DNA of 64,000 bases, from assembly GCA_001816475.1 (NCBI GenBank), contig MHCC01000001.1, positions 12,622 to 76,621 on the forward strand. Reading direction: 5' to 3'. This DNA comes from Candidatus Blackburnbacteria bacterium RIFCSPLOWO2_01_FULL_40_20. GTDB lineage: Bacteria > Patescibacteriota > Microgenomatia > UBA8517 > UBA10165. Every line of letters begins with the position of its first letter. Position 1 is the first letter of the stretch. Position numbers and translations under genes: made by a program. The notes beneath the pieces are model-generated. The model was not told where the DNA came from, made no database searches, and was given only the letters and a program-made list of their open reading frames with translations. Shown here piece by piece: positions 27,806-36,985 of the stretch.

Positions 27806-27855
27806 AATCTCCTTGCCCCTAACGTACTCCGATCAGATCGGAGGAAGTGGGGTAT

Positions 27856-28005
27856 CTATTTCTTGTTTATCTGCTTCCACAAATAAACTGACAAAAGAAT
27901 AAGGGTTATTATCACCAGAATCCAAACCAAGGATCCAAGGAATGCAAAAAGCCCAAACCCTCCTCCCCAGTTCATCATGTTTCCCCAATTTCCATATCCC
28001 ATCAT
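27856..28005 (-). CDS. Small Met/Gly-rich membrane protein (49 aa, not in the ORF track)
   Basis: MMGYGNWGNMMNWGGGFGLFAFLGSLVWILVIITLILLSVYLWKQINKK; lies within the cop operon. Confidence 0.7.
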   Translation of the reverse strand: MMGYGNWGNMMNWGGGFGLFAFLGSLVWILVIITLILLSVYLWKQINKK

Positions 28006-28013
28006 ATTGTCTC

Positions 28014-28301
28014 TCACCCCACTTTCTTGAATATCTCAACCATCTCATCAATTACTTCTTCCCTGCCTTTTTTAACTGCGTCAGTTGTGCAAGTTTTAAG
28101 GTGATTTTCTAAAATTAAATTATCAACTCCACGAAGTGCTTTTTGGACTGCTTGTGATTGGTGAAGTACGTCAACACAATACTCCCCCTCACCAACCATT
28201 TTTATAACCTTATTAAGATGTCCCCGGACGATTTTAAGTCGGTGCAATATTGTCCTTTTTACGGACGGGTCTCGCGGAATTCCTCTTGGCATGTTTTTCA
28301 T
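28014..28301 (-). CDS. csoR: CsoR-family metal-sensing repressor
   Basis: RLKIVRGHL...YCVDVLHQ...NHLKTC; operator-like CCCCTAGAGGGGG at 28302-28314. Confidence 0.92.
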   Translation of the reverse strand: MKNMPRGIPRDPSVKRTILHRLKIVRGHLNKVIKMVGEGEYCVDVLHQSQAVQKALRGVDNLILENHLKTCTTDAVKKGREEVIDEMVEIFKKVG

Positions 28302-28589
28302 CCCCTAGAGGGGGATTAAGTAATTATACCATTAAAGACAAGAAAATCAATATTATTGTCATCCTGAGGAATGAAACGACGAAGGATCTCTCGCAAATGC
28401 GAGATGAAATATATGCTAAACAACTACCAAGTAGAGCAGAGATTCCTCCTCCGCCGAGCGAGATCGGAACGACGAGGGATATATGAAAAAAACTTGGGGT
28501 AGGCCGAAATATTTGCTTCTAGCAAAATACTCCGGACTACCCCGAACGAAGTTTAGAACGTGGTCCCGATCAAATCGGGGCTTTACGTT

Positions 28590-28838
28590 CTAGGTCAGCG
28601 ACAGCTGTCGCGAACGCCCTCGCGGCGGGTCATGCCGACTCTCAGGAAGCTGCTGCATTGCTTCCTGTCGTTTTGTTGTTTGGGCACATTCTTGCTCTTT
28701 AAGGACTCCGCGAAGGTCGTCGACCAACTTCTCTTCATTCTTGAACGAAAGCTCGGTTACTCGCTCAACCCCCGCTTTGTCAAGATGCCATTGTATGACT
28801 CTCGTCACATTCTCAATGATATCTCTTCTCAAGAACAA
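28590..28838 (-). CDS. Hypothetical protein
   Basis: GGAGG RBS; 82 aa. Confidence 0.5.
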   Translation of the reverse strand: MFLRRDIIENVTRVIQWHLDKAGVERVTELSFKNEEKLVDDLRGVLKEQECAQTTKRQEAMQQLPESRHDPPRGRSRQLSLT

Positions 28839-28862
28839 GCCACACCTCCTTTTTTTTGCAGA

Positions 28863-29219
28863 CTACTTCAGAACGTCAGCCAAATCGTGTGCCATCTCCA
28901 CTTTTTGCAGCGGACAAAGGTCGACCGGGCGCACTGTAGCAATGCAACGATTCCGTGCCTCACGATCCAAGTGCGACTGGATGACCTCGATCGCCTCGCG
29001 TGTCTTGTCCGAAACTGCCGGTGCGACTGGCGCAGCAGGCTCGGGCGGAGCAGCGACAGCGTGCAACACCTGATCCTGCCATCTGATCCCCCCACGGGGT
29101 TTGGTAACCGCAACCTTTTCCCGTGCCTTCTCGAGAACCGCTGTTGGTGACACTTTCTCCTCCTCGCGCGAAATATTTGGTTTATTAAAGATCCCTAGAC
29201 CTAACCCAGAGTATAGCAA
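28863..29219 (-). CDS. Hypothetical protein (true start probably about 29150)
   Basis: GC-rich ORF with an internal GAGGAGG RBS. Confidence 0.5.
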   Translation of the reverse strand: MLYSGLGLGIFNKPNISREEEKVSPTAVLEKAREKVAVTKPRGGIRWQDQVLHAVAAPPEPAAPVAPAVSDKTREAIEVIQSHLDREARNRCIATVRPVDLCPLQKVEMAHDLADVLK

Positions 29220-29260
29220 GTTAGACCAAAAAAGTAAAATTTATGGTAAAATTAAAGTTC

Positions 29261-30253
29261 ATGGAATCCTTCTGGCTTGCCTTCCTTACCGGTCTTACAA
29301 CAGGCGGGTTTTCCTGCCTTGCCGTGCAAGGCGGGCTTTTAGCCTCAGCAATCTCCGGAAAAGAAACACAATCAAAACAAATTGTAGGATTGTTTTTGAT
29401 TGCAAAAATTATTGCCTATACCTTTTTGGGGGCTGGATTGGGACTTGTCGGATCTGCCTTGACCATTTCCGCTCAAACCCAAGGCTGGATGCAAATTTTT
29501 GCCGGAGTGTTTATGTTGTTAACTGCAGCAAGACTTCTAGACATCCATCCAATTTTTAGATATTTCGTTATCCAACCCCCACGCTTTGTATATAAATTTT
29601 TACGCAAAACCAGCAAAAGTGATGCATATTTCACGCCATTACTGCTCGGGTCGCTTACTGTTCTTATCCCCTGTGGAATCACCCAAGGCATGATGATTCT
29701 TGCAGTTTCATCTGGTAATCCTGTTACGGGCGCTTTAATAATGTTTTCATTTATCCTTGGTACTAGCCCAGTTTTCTTTGCCTTGGGCATTGCCACATCA
29801 CAACTTTTAAAAAGAAAGATCTTTGCGATTTTTACAGCTGGTGTAATTGCCATACTTGGTGCAATGGCTATAAACAGTGGCCAGGTTTTGCGGGGTTCAA
29901 TTTACACTTTTCAAAACTTCTATAAAGCTGCAACAACTGACGTGTATGGATCCGGGGGCAGTGTTGCCGGTGTAAACGCAGAAGGAAAACAAGAAGTTAC
30001 AATTGATGTTTTGAACAACGGATACAATTCCTCAAGCGATGTCTTAAAAGCTGGCGTTCCAGTAAAACTAAGCCTAGTAACAAACGGCACAAGAAGTTGT
30101 ACCCGCGCATTTACAATCCCAGCCTTGGGTGTTTCAAAAGTACTCCCGCAAACAGGTAGCGAAACAGTCGAATTTACGCCAGCAAAGGCGGGATCCTTGG
30201 CTTATTCTTGCGGGATGGGAATGTATGGAGGAACATTCCAGGTGATAAATTAA
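29261..30253 (+). CDS. DsbD_2/TauE-like membrane protein with a C-terminal cupredoxin
   Basis: GGFSCLAVQGG, LIPCG, YSCGMGMY. Confidence 0.88.
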   Translation: MESFWLAFLTGLTTGGFSCLAVQGGLLASAISGKETQSKQIVGLFLIAKIIAYTFLGAGLGLVGSALTISAQTQGWMQIFAGVFMLLTAARLLDIHPIFRYFVIQPPRFVYKFLRKTSKSDAYFTPLLLGSLTVLIPCGITQGMMILAVSSGNPVTGALIMFSFILGTSPVFFALGIATSQLLKRKIFAIFTAGVIAILGAMAINSGQVLRGSIYTFQNFYKAATTDVYGSGGSVAGVNAEGKQEVTIDVLNNGYNSSSDVLKAGVPVKLSLVTNGTRSCTRAFTIPALGVSKVLPQTGSETVEFTPAKAGSLAYSCGMGMYGGTFQVIN

Positions 30254-30325
30254 CCCAATTTTCAATTTTTAATTCCGATAGGATCGGAATTGAAAATTTC
30301 AAATTTGTTATAGATCAACAAAAGC

Positions 30326-30577
30326 ATGAACAACGGTCAAGATAATAAACCAAAAGTACTCAGATTTTCCATCAAGGGTATGCATTGTCCGTCTTGCGCC
30401 ATATTAATCGAAAGCGATCTGGAAGACGCGGGTGTCAAAGTTTCTTGTAGTTACGCAAAACAACTCCTAGAAGTTGAGACCCCCTTTCGCTCGCAAGCTT
30501 CGGAGGGGCAAGCAGAAACAGAAAAAACTGTTAAGAAAGTTGTTGAAGATTTGGGATATAAGATAGAGGCTTTGTAA
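30326..30577 (+). CDS. HMA copper chaperone (CopZ-like)
   Basis: IKGMHCPSC...LGY. Confidence 0.85.
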   Translation: MNNGQDNKPKVLRFSIKGMHCPSCAILIESDLEDAGVKVSCSYAKQLLEVETPFRSQASEGQAETEKTVKKVVEDLGYKIEAL

Positions 30578-30579
30578 AA

Positions 30580-31506
30580 CTACACCCCACAGCTTGATCC
30601 CCCGTTTGTTGCAGGAGGTAAAAAATTATTAGCAGACAACCAATCGTGAACTTTCTTCCACCCGGAAGATGAGGAATATTCTCGTCCTAACACTGTACGC
30701 GCAGGAACATCTTTCCAAGCCGTGCCTTCTTTCGCTTCAAAGTAGCCCGCAAGTTCGATATATTGGTTAGAAAACCAATAGGAGTTCATCGCTTTTAATG
30801 CGTCAAATATTTGGTCAGCGGTTGCGCCTTGTGAAACCATCAGCTCAGCCAAACCTAGAGCCGCCATACCGTGGTTGCAGTCAGGAAATGCAGTAGAGTT
30901 GTTGCAACACGGCCTGAAAACCCCATTTGCAACTTCCTCAACTATTTTTTGTTGATCTGCAGATATAGGAATAATTTGAAACTTTGAATAGTAATTAACA
31001 GCTTTTGTTTTTGAAACTGTCCAACCACCGGTTGATGCAAAATTCCCCACCTTTGCACGACCTCCCTCAACCATTACTCCTTCATCTAAAATTTTATTTT
31101 TATTTGCTAACCCCAATGCCCAAAAGAGGTTAAGTAAAAAGTGAGCGTTACCTGCGTTAACTGTTATTTCCTGGTCGCGCCCTAATGTTAATATTTCCAA
31201 CTGCTCGTCCGTAAGAGCATTGGCGCCTTGATAAATTGCCTTAAATTTTTCCAGGTCTATCGTTCCTGATTGAATAAGTTTTGGCCCGATGTCGCCAAAC
31301 TTAACACCCAGTTTCACTCCTTCTGCCGGGACAACTTGCTGCGCAAGAGCTTGCACGTCGTAAGTTGAAGTTTGGGTTTGTACTTGAGCTTTTTTCTTTA
31401 CCGACACATTAATGTCCCAACTCTGAAGAAATTTTGGAATATAAAAACCTGCGGCAAAAACAAAAACGGCCACAAGCGCGATTGCAATAATTCCTTTTAT
31501 GTTCAT
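30580..31506 (-). CDS. Exported Cys-motif hypothetical protein
   Basis: Signal anchor; RPCCNNSTAFPDCNHGMA; C-terminal SCGV. Confidence 0.8.
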   Translation of the reverse strand: MNIKGIIAIALVAVFVFAAGFYIPKFLQSWDINVSVKKKAQVQTQTSTYDVQALAQQVVPAEGVKLGVKFGDIGPKLIQSGTIDLEKFKAIYQGANALTDEQLEILTLGRDQEITVNAGNAHFLLNLFWALGLANKNKILDEGVMVEGGRAKVGNFASTGGWTVSKTKAVNYYSKFQIIPISADQQKIVEEVANGVFRPCCNNSTAFPDCNHGMAALGLAELMVSQGATADQIFDALKAMNSYWFSNQYIELAGYFEAKEGTAWKDVPARTVLGREYSSSSGWKKVHDWLSANNFLPPATNGGSSCGV

Positions 31507-31766
31507 TTTAAAAATCGATTGTACACCTTAGCAAACGCCCAACCAGATACCCAAGTTACAACGGCCATGGTTATTGCGCCTAGAATTAACGACCCGCTGC
31601 TTGCATAAACATCCCAAACATTAGCTAAGTTTACACCATGGAACCAGCTTTGAAAAACTAATTTTGCAATGTCTGGAACCAAGATAATCGCAAGGTAACA
31701 AATAACGGAAACTCCAACACTTACGGCAGCTAAAGCATTTGCTAGAGCGACTTCGTTAAGTTTCAT
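31503..31766 (-). CDS. DUF5676-like small membrane protein
   Basis: Two TM helices, WFHG, FAKVYN. Confidence 0.7.
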   Translation of the reverse strand: MKLNEVALANALAAVSVGVSVICYLAIILVPDIAKLVFQSWFHGVNLANVWDVYASSGSLILGAITMAVVTWVSGWAFAKVYNRFLK

Positions 31767-31780
31767 TAGACCACCCCATT

Positions 31781-32362
31781 TTATTTAATTTTCTCCAACT
31801 GATTAATCAATTGGTTATTTCTCACTCCCATTTTTGGATCATCCCACCAATATGCAACTTGCCCATCTTTGTTAACAATTACAAATGTGTGCCCCGGATA
31901 TCCGCCTTTGTGCATCGAAGAAGGCGCATAAAGTGTTTCATAGGCAGCTGATGTGGATTTTGTGTTATCAAATAAAACCTTTGCTTTTGCCAACTCGGGC
32001 ATTTTGTCCAATGCTTTCTTCCAGTTGTCCGGAACATCAACTATTACTGAGTACGTCTCAACTCCGTCTTTGCTAAACCTTTCATCCTCGCCCAATGCTT
32101 TCATCTGATCCCAACAAGCAGGATAACAAATCAATCCTTCATTAAAAAACAACAAAACAGTTTTTCCGCGAAGGTCGGATAATTTGACTGTATTCCCTTC
32201 ATAGTCTTTAAGTTCAAAATCCGGGGCTTGTTTGCCAACCATACCACCTTCAACTGACTTTCGCCCCTCCGGGTTTGGACCAAACTTTTGTGCTCCAACA
32301 ACAATGCCGCCAAGCAGGGCTATTGTTATTACAACTACAATAATTATAAATTTGTTATTCAT
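31781..32362 (-). CDS. AhpC/TSA-like membrane-anchored redoxin
   Basis: GKQAPDFEL...LSDLRGK...CYPAC. Confidence 0.85.
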   Translation of the reverse strand: MNNKFIIIVVVITIALLGGIVVGAQKFGPNPEGRKSVEGGMVGKQAPDFELKDYEGNTVKLSDLRGKTVLLFFNEGLICYPACWDQMKALGEDERFSKDGVETYSVIVDVPDNWKKALDKMPELAKAKVLFDNTKSTSAAYETLYAPSSMHKGGYPGHTFVIVNKDGQVAYWWDDPKMGVRNNQLINQLEKIK

Positions 32363-33129
32363 CTTGCTCCCCCTGTTAATATATTTGTTACCCAAGCCGC
32401 ATAAGTATTAACCATCACTTTGTAATCCGACCTTACCTGTAATCCCCCAGTTAATGCCAGGTAAGTAATTAAAGCGCTCATTGCTATGAAAATAATTCCT
32501 GACAATAGATTAGCAATTGTTATATTCACTTCTTTCCCAAATATTTTGTAGGTTATTCCACGCCTGACAAGCATAAACTTTTGAGTGATCTTTGTTTTGT
32601 CAATTGCCCAAGAAAGTATAAAAAGCGGAGCGACCATGCCAAGAACATAGGCAATCGCATAAAGCCCACCTAAAAGTGTTGAACCTGGCAATGCAGATAA
32701 GGCAACAATCCCCGCCAACACTGGTGCACAACAAGAGGTAGCAAATCCTGAAAACACACCCAGCATAAAGATAGAACCAAAGGTAAATTTACCGGGTGTC
32801 GTAACGCTTGTGTGCCAAGGAAGAGAAAAGCTTCTGCCTGTTAAAATCACAACGCCAAGTACAAAAAGGAATATTGCCCCAAGTATATATATTTGATCAT
32901 GGTACATTTCAAATATCTCTCCTAAAAACCCAGCACCAAGCCCAATTGGTAAAAAGACAACGGCCAGCCCCAAAGAAAATACCCCAGTCATCCCCAAGAC
33001 TGTTTTTCTTTGCGAAAAAATAGAACCCATGTAAGAAGGCAAAAGAACGGTAATGCAACAAGGCGCAAACAACGCCGCGATACCAGCAACGAATGAGGCT
33101 ATAAACGAAGCAATGGGCAAAATAGTCAT
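32359..33129 (-). CDS. ccdA: CcdA/DsbD-type transmembrane electron transporter
   Basis: FAPCCITVLLPSY, SCCAPVL. Confidence 0.85.
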   Translation of the reverse strand: MTILPIASFIASFVAGIAALFAPCCITVLLPSYMGSIFSQRKTVLGMTGVFSLGLAVVFLPIGLGAGFLGEIFEMYHDQIYILGAIFLFVLGVVILTGRSFSLPWHTSVTTPGKFTFGSIFMLGVFSGFATSCCAPVLAGIVALSALPGSTLLGGLYAIAYVLGMVAPLFILSWAIDKTKITQKFMLVRRGITYKIFGKEVNITIANLLSGIIFIAMSALITYLALTGGLQVRSDYKVMVNTYAAWVTNILTGGAR

Positions 33130-33386
33130 GTTCTTTTGTAAAGTTCTACTAACTCTTCCAACACCTTCTCTCCTTTTCCATCCTTTATATCCTTTACAAC
33201 ACAACCATAAAGATGGCCTTGAAGAACCATCCCGTCAACATTTTTTAAAGCAGACTGAACAGCTTTTGATTGATGAATTACGTTTGGGCAATAACAGCCT
33301 TCGCGAACCATAGCAATCACCTTTTTAAGATGTCCCTCAGCAATTGCCAACCGTTTTAGTGTAAGCTCTTGAACTTTTGAATCCAT
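33126..33386 (-). CDS. csoR: Second CsoR-family repressor
   Basis: RLAIAEGHL...YCPNVIHQ...GHLYGC; ACCCCC-TGAT-GGGGAT operator-like site upstream. Confidence 0.9.
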   Translation of the reverse strand: MDSKVQELTLKRLAIAEGHLKKVIAMVREGCYCPNVIHQSKAVQSALKNVDGMVLQGHLYGCVVKDIKDGKGEKVLEELVELYKRT

Positions 33387-33450
33387 ACCCCTACCCCCTG
33401 ATGGGGATATTCAAATCATACCAAACAACTTTTAATTGTCAACAAGAAGA

Positions 33451-35241
33451 TTATCTCAACTCCATCAAAAACCTTGCCACACTAACATGATCTTTAATGC
33501 GCAAATCTTTCCCGGCGTCTAAAATAAATGCAGACAAATATTGACACAAGGAATAAGAAGAAAAAGATGAGTTTCTTATAACTTCCGCCCTGTATGCCCT
33601 GGTAAAAGCATTAATTAACTGTTGAGGGTCAAGTGCCTTAGCGTGAGTATTGCGTTCGCATGCCAAATTAATTAATCGATAAACAAGCTCGCCAAACTCC
33701 CCCTTCTCTCTTCCCTCAAGCCGAATTTCGTTTCCAGAAAAGTAATTGTTCTTAACAGGCGTATACCAATAAACAGCCTTGCCACCCACCAATTCTGCCC
33801 CTAAAATGGCTTTTGAATCTGGCAATAAAAGTCTATATTCCCCTATAACAGAAGCAACAGCCTCCTTAAATCTTCCAACAATGCGAACATACAAACCAGG
33901 GAGATCAATTCCTTCATGGTTCATTCCCGATTTTGTCCTGATTTGTACAAATCTTTCAAATCCATCTTCAAATTTAGAATTACTGCGTACGAGATCCAAT
34001 ACGAGTGGCATAGCATTTTTCCCAACAGTTGAAACCAGGTACCTCTTAAATTCTACAAACTTGGTTTCCATCGCCAATTCTACAACTATAGTTGAAGCAA
34101 AATTACCACTTGTTTTAACTATCCGACGAATTTCTTCACTTGTTGGCAGCTCTTGTATGCTAACAATACTTTCTACTATCTGTCGAAATTTTTGAGCAGT
34201 ACTAGTTTCTTTTGGGCCATTTCCATTTTGCAAAACTCTGCCGCTTTTTACCCACTGAGGGAAGGTCTTTGGGAAACTTCCAACAAGAAAATCCATGTAT
34301 TTTTGGGCTTCCGGCCAATTTCGGTCTTTAACAAATTCGGCAACTGGCGTAATCAAACCTGTAAAACCAGATTGTCCGGGGATATATCTTTTCCTTGTAC
34401 TCATCAGACTTTTCAATAGTTTGACTTGATCTTGCTTAAGACCAACGCCTTGTGCTACATCGTCCATTAAGCGCTGACAAAGCCTTAAGAACCCCTGATG
34501 GATCCTTAAGCGATCTATTTTTGGCCCTAAACGATCGTCAAAATACGCTGGAAATTTGCCTGCCTCAACACCTCCAAATATTAATGCGTACTCAGCAAGT
34601 TCTCGCGCAGAACCCAACGAGCTTTGGCCATCGCCCCAACGCGCGAAATTTCCTATTAAATGGTCTTTTGCGACTTCGATCAAACAAACAAGTGCCATTA
34701 TTTTTGCCTCAGGCGAGTTTGTATCAATCTTCCCGGCTTCAACAATCTCAGTAAAAAGCTTGCTCAAGTCCAAGTATTTTTCGTGAATCGATATCGTTTT
34801 TTGTGGAACATAAAAACAAGGTAGATAAGGCAAAATACCTAAGTCTGGATTTATAAAATAAACTGCTTCAACCGCCTTGGGTACATGAACTAAACGGCCT
34901 CCAGGAGCTAAGTACATAATCTCGCCTTCTATCTTTTTTAAACGGCTTTCAGGAAGTGCTAGCTCTTTTTGTGACCTGATCCCCTCAATACCCTCATTGA
35001 TTTCTTGAGCGTGTAAGGGTTGTTGCTGCAATAGCACTTCTTTTATTCGTTCCAGTGCTAAATCTTCGCATTCTTTGCAGTATTCAAAAACAGGATCTAG
35101 CGACTCGCTTGGTGCAAGATTTTTTCTGTGAAGTACTTGGAGCTGGTCTTTAAGCCCTTGCCGGGACAGAACATGCTCTTTTGTTATCATCGGCCACCGA
35201 TTATACCCAGATCTTACTTTTTTAGCAATGTCCAGGCACAT
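33451..35241 (-). CDS. Large hypothetical protein
   Basis: 596-aa ORF; no family recognised. Confidence 0.7.
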   Translation of the reverse strand: MCLDIAKKVRSGYNRWPMITKEHVLSRQGLKDQLQVLHRKNLAPSESLDPVFEYCKECEDLALERIKEVLLQQQPLHAQEINEGIEGIRSQKELALPESRLKKIEGEIMYLAPGGRLVHVPKAVEAVYFINPDLGILPYLPCFYVPQKTISIHEKYLDLSKLFTEIVEAGKIDTNSPEAKIMALVCLIEVAKDHLIGNFARWGDGQSSLGSARELAEYALIFGGVEAGKFPAYFDDRLGPKIDRLRIHQGFLRLCQRLMDDVAQGVGLKQDQVKLLKSLMSTRKRYIPGQSGFTGLITPVAEFVKDRNWPEAQKYMDFLVGSFPKTFPQWVKSGRVLQNGNGPKETSTAQKFRQIVESIVSIQELPTSEEIRRIVKTSGNFASTIVVELAMETKFVEFKRYLVSTVGKNAMPLVLDLVRSNSKFEDGFERFVQIRTKSGMNHEGIDLPGLYVRIVGRFKEAVASVIGEYRLLLPDSKAILGAELVGGKAVYWYTPVKNNYFSGNEIRLEGREKGEFGELVYRLINLACERNTHAKALDPQQLINAFTRAYRAEVIRNSSFSSYSLCQYLSAFILDAGKDLRIKDHVSVARFLMELR

Positions 35242-35564
35242 ATTTCCAAATTTACGTGTTGGTTGTCTTTAAAAATCACACCTTCTTCAACTAATTTTCT
35301 TTTTTGCTCAACTTGTCCCCCAAAAGCATAACCTGTGGCAAGTTTCCCATCTTTGTTAACAACCCTATGGCATGGAATTTTTTTGGGATTTTTGTTTTTA
35401 TGCAGTGCCCACCCAACCATATTGGCTGTGATTTTTTTACCCCTTACTTCCCCAATCTCCCCAACTTCCCTTACACCCACCATCCTTGCCACCTCCCCGT
35501 AAGCCATAACCTTACCTTTTGGTATTTTCTCTACAAACTTCCAAACTAATTCGTAATAACTCAT
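35214..35564 (-). CDS. O6-alkylguanine DNA alkyltransferase (MGMT-family)
   Basis: IPKGKV..YG..A, IPCHRVV. Confidence 0.9.
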   Translation of the reverse strand: MSYYELVWKFVEKIPKGKVMAYGEVARMVGVREVGEIGEVRGKKITANMVGWALHKNKNPKKIPCHRVVNKDGKLATGYAFGGQVEQKRKLVEEGVIFKDNQHVNLEICAWTLLKK

Positions 35565-36115
35565 TTTTTCTCTTTCAACAAAAACCTTAACTGTTTATCC
35601 TTCCAATCTCCCGCATAATTAATCCCAACTCTTGCAGTAGCAATTATTTCCTCCCCCTTACTTCCCCTACGCCCCAAACTTCCCCTATCCTCTACCCAAA
35701 ATCTTTCCCCCTCCACAACATCCTCCCCATAAAAACTTCCGTCAATCTTAAAAAACTTTGTTACCTTTCCTGGACCCCTTACCTCCCCAACTCCCCCAAT
35801 CTCCCTTACCCCCCTTATCAATACCCCTTGTGGATCACCAACTTTACTTGTAATTATATTCAACATCCAATGAACCCCGTAAGTAAAATAAACATATGCC
35901 ACCCCCGATTTGCCAAACATCACTTCCGTCCTTTTTGTCCTTCTTCCGCCATATGAATGTGCAGCCTTATCCTCCACCCCCATGTAGGCCTCCGTCTCAA
36001 TAATCACACCTTTTTTTGTTGACCCATCAGGGAATTTGCGCACCAAAACTTTCCCTAGAAGTTCTCGAGCGACAGCATCAGCACTCCTGTTAAAAAACTT
36101 TCTTTTAAGTCTCAC
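35561..36115 (-). CDS. mpg: 3-methyladenine DNA glycosylase
   Basis: LLGKVLV, IIETEAY, YVYFTYG, GPGK, RVGI. Confidence 0.93.
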   Translation of the reverse strand: MRLKRKFFNRSADAVARELLGKVLVRKFPDGSTKKGVIIETEAYMGVEDKAAHSYGGRRTKRTEVMFGKSGVAYVYFTYGVHWMLNIITSKVGDPQGVLIRGVREIGGVGEVRGPGKVTKFFKIDGSFYGEDVVEGERFWVEDRGSLGRRGSKGEEIIATARVGINYAGDWKDKQLRFLLKEKK

Positions 36116-36446
36116 GCGTAAATTATACGCTTTTGAAGCTAGAATACTTACCTAAATCTTACCTTTTTCTTGCCTCGTCATAACGTCAAAAACATATTAT
36201 CAAATCAATAATTTAATAATTGACCAATGAGTAACGTCTGCCTTGATTCTACTACCCAAATCACCTACTTTCCGTACTCGACTTTGTCTTCAATAAAGGG
36301 TTCGGGTTCTCAATTTGTCAACAGCTTCAACAAAGAAACTGTAATGCCCGACCCGCTTTCTTTGGTAACCCAGAGCGTCAAAAAGGCCATGAAGAATACA
36401 ATCTTTGAGCACATCTTTGTGCTCTTCACTGCACCAGTAAAATAGT

Positions 36447-36785
36447 TTACTTTTTCACCAATGACTGTAGAAGTGAGGCAATAAAGGCTAATACGATTCC
36501 GCCTGCAAGTGCGCTCAGAAATCCTTGAACCACAAACCCCGGAACGAGAAGGCTGGCAACCCACAAAACAAAAGCTGAAATTGCCCAAGAAAAAAGGCCA
36601 AAGGTTAAAAAGTTTACAGGGAGCGCCAATAATTCTAAAATTGGCTTGAGGATTGTATTTAATATCCCCAACACCAAAGCTGCTATTAAAGCAGTTGTGA
36701 AACTGCTTATTCTAATCCCCGGTATCAACCAGGCCGTTGCTAAAATGGCAACTGTGTTTATTAATAGTCTAAATAGTAAGTTCAT
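36447..36785 (-). CDS. 4-TM phage-holin-family (YvlD-like) membrane protein
   Basis: LGILNTILKPIL..LALP...LTFGLF. Confidence 0.88.
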   Translation of the reverse strand: MNLLFRLLINTVAILATAWLIPGIRISSFTTALIAALVLGILNTILKPILELLALPVNFLTFGLFSWAISAFVLWVASLLVPGFVVQGFLSALAGGIVLAFIASLLQSLVKK

Positions 36786-36985
36786 ATTGCTTGTCTCCAA
36801 CAAAGCCTAGGCAAAGCGGGAACCTGTCCCCAACGTAGCCGCAGGCGAAGTGGGATTCCCGCACTTTTACCGCGTGATTACCGTAAGAATTTACAAATAT
36901 TGTACATCATCTGATTTTTTACAACAACAATAATCACCACAAAAAGGCCATTGACAATAGGTAACATTTAATACACATTATTAAT

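Noticed and set aside
36447-36785. Holin as evidence of a prophage
   Set aside because: YvlD-type proteins are common chromosomal genes and no other phage genes are nearby
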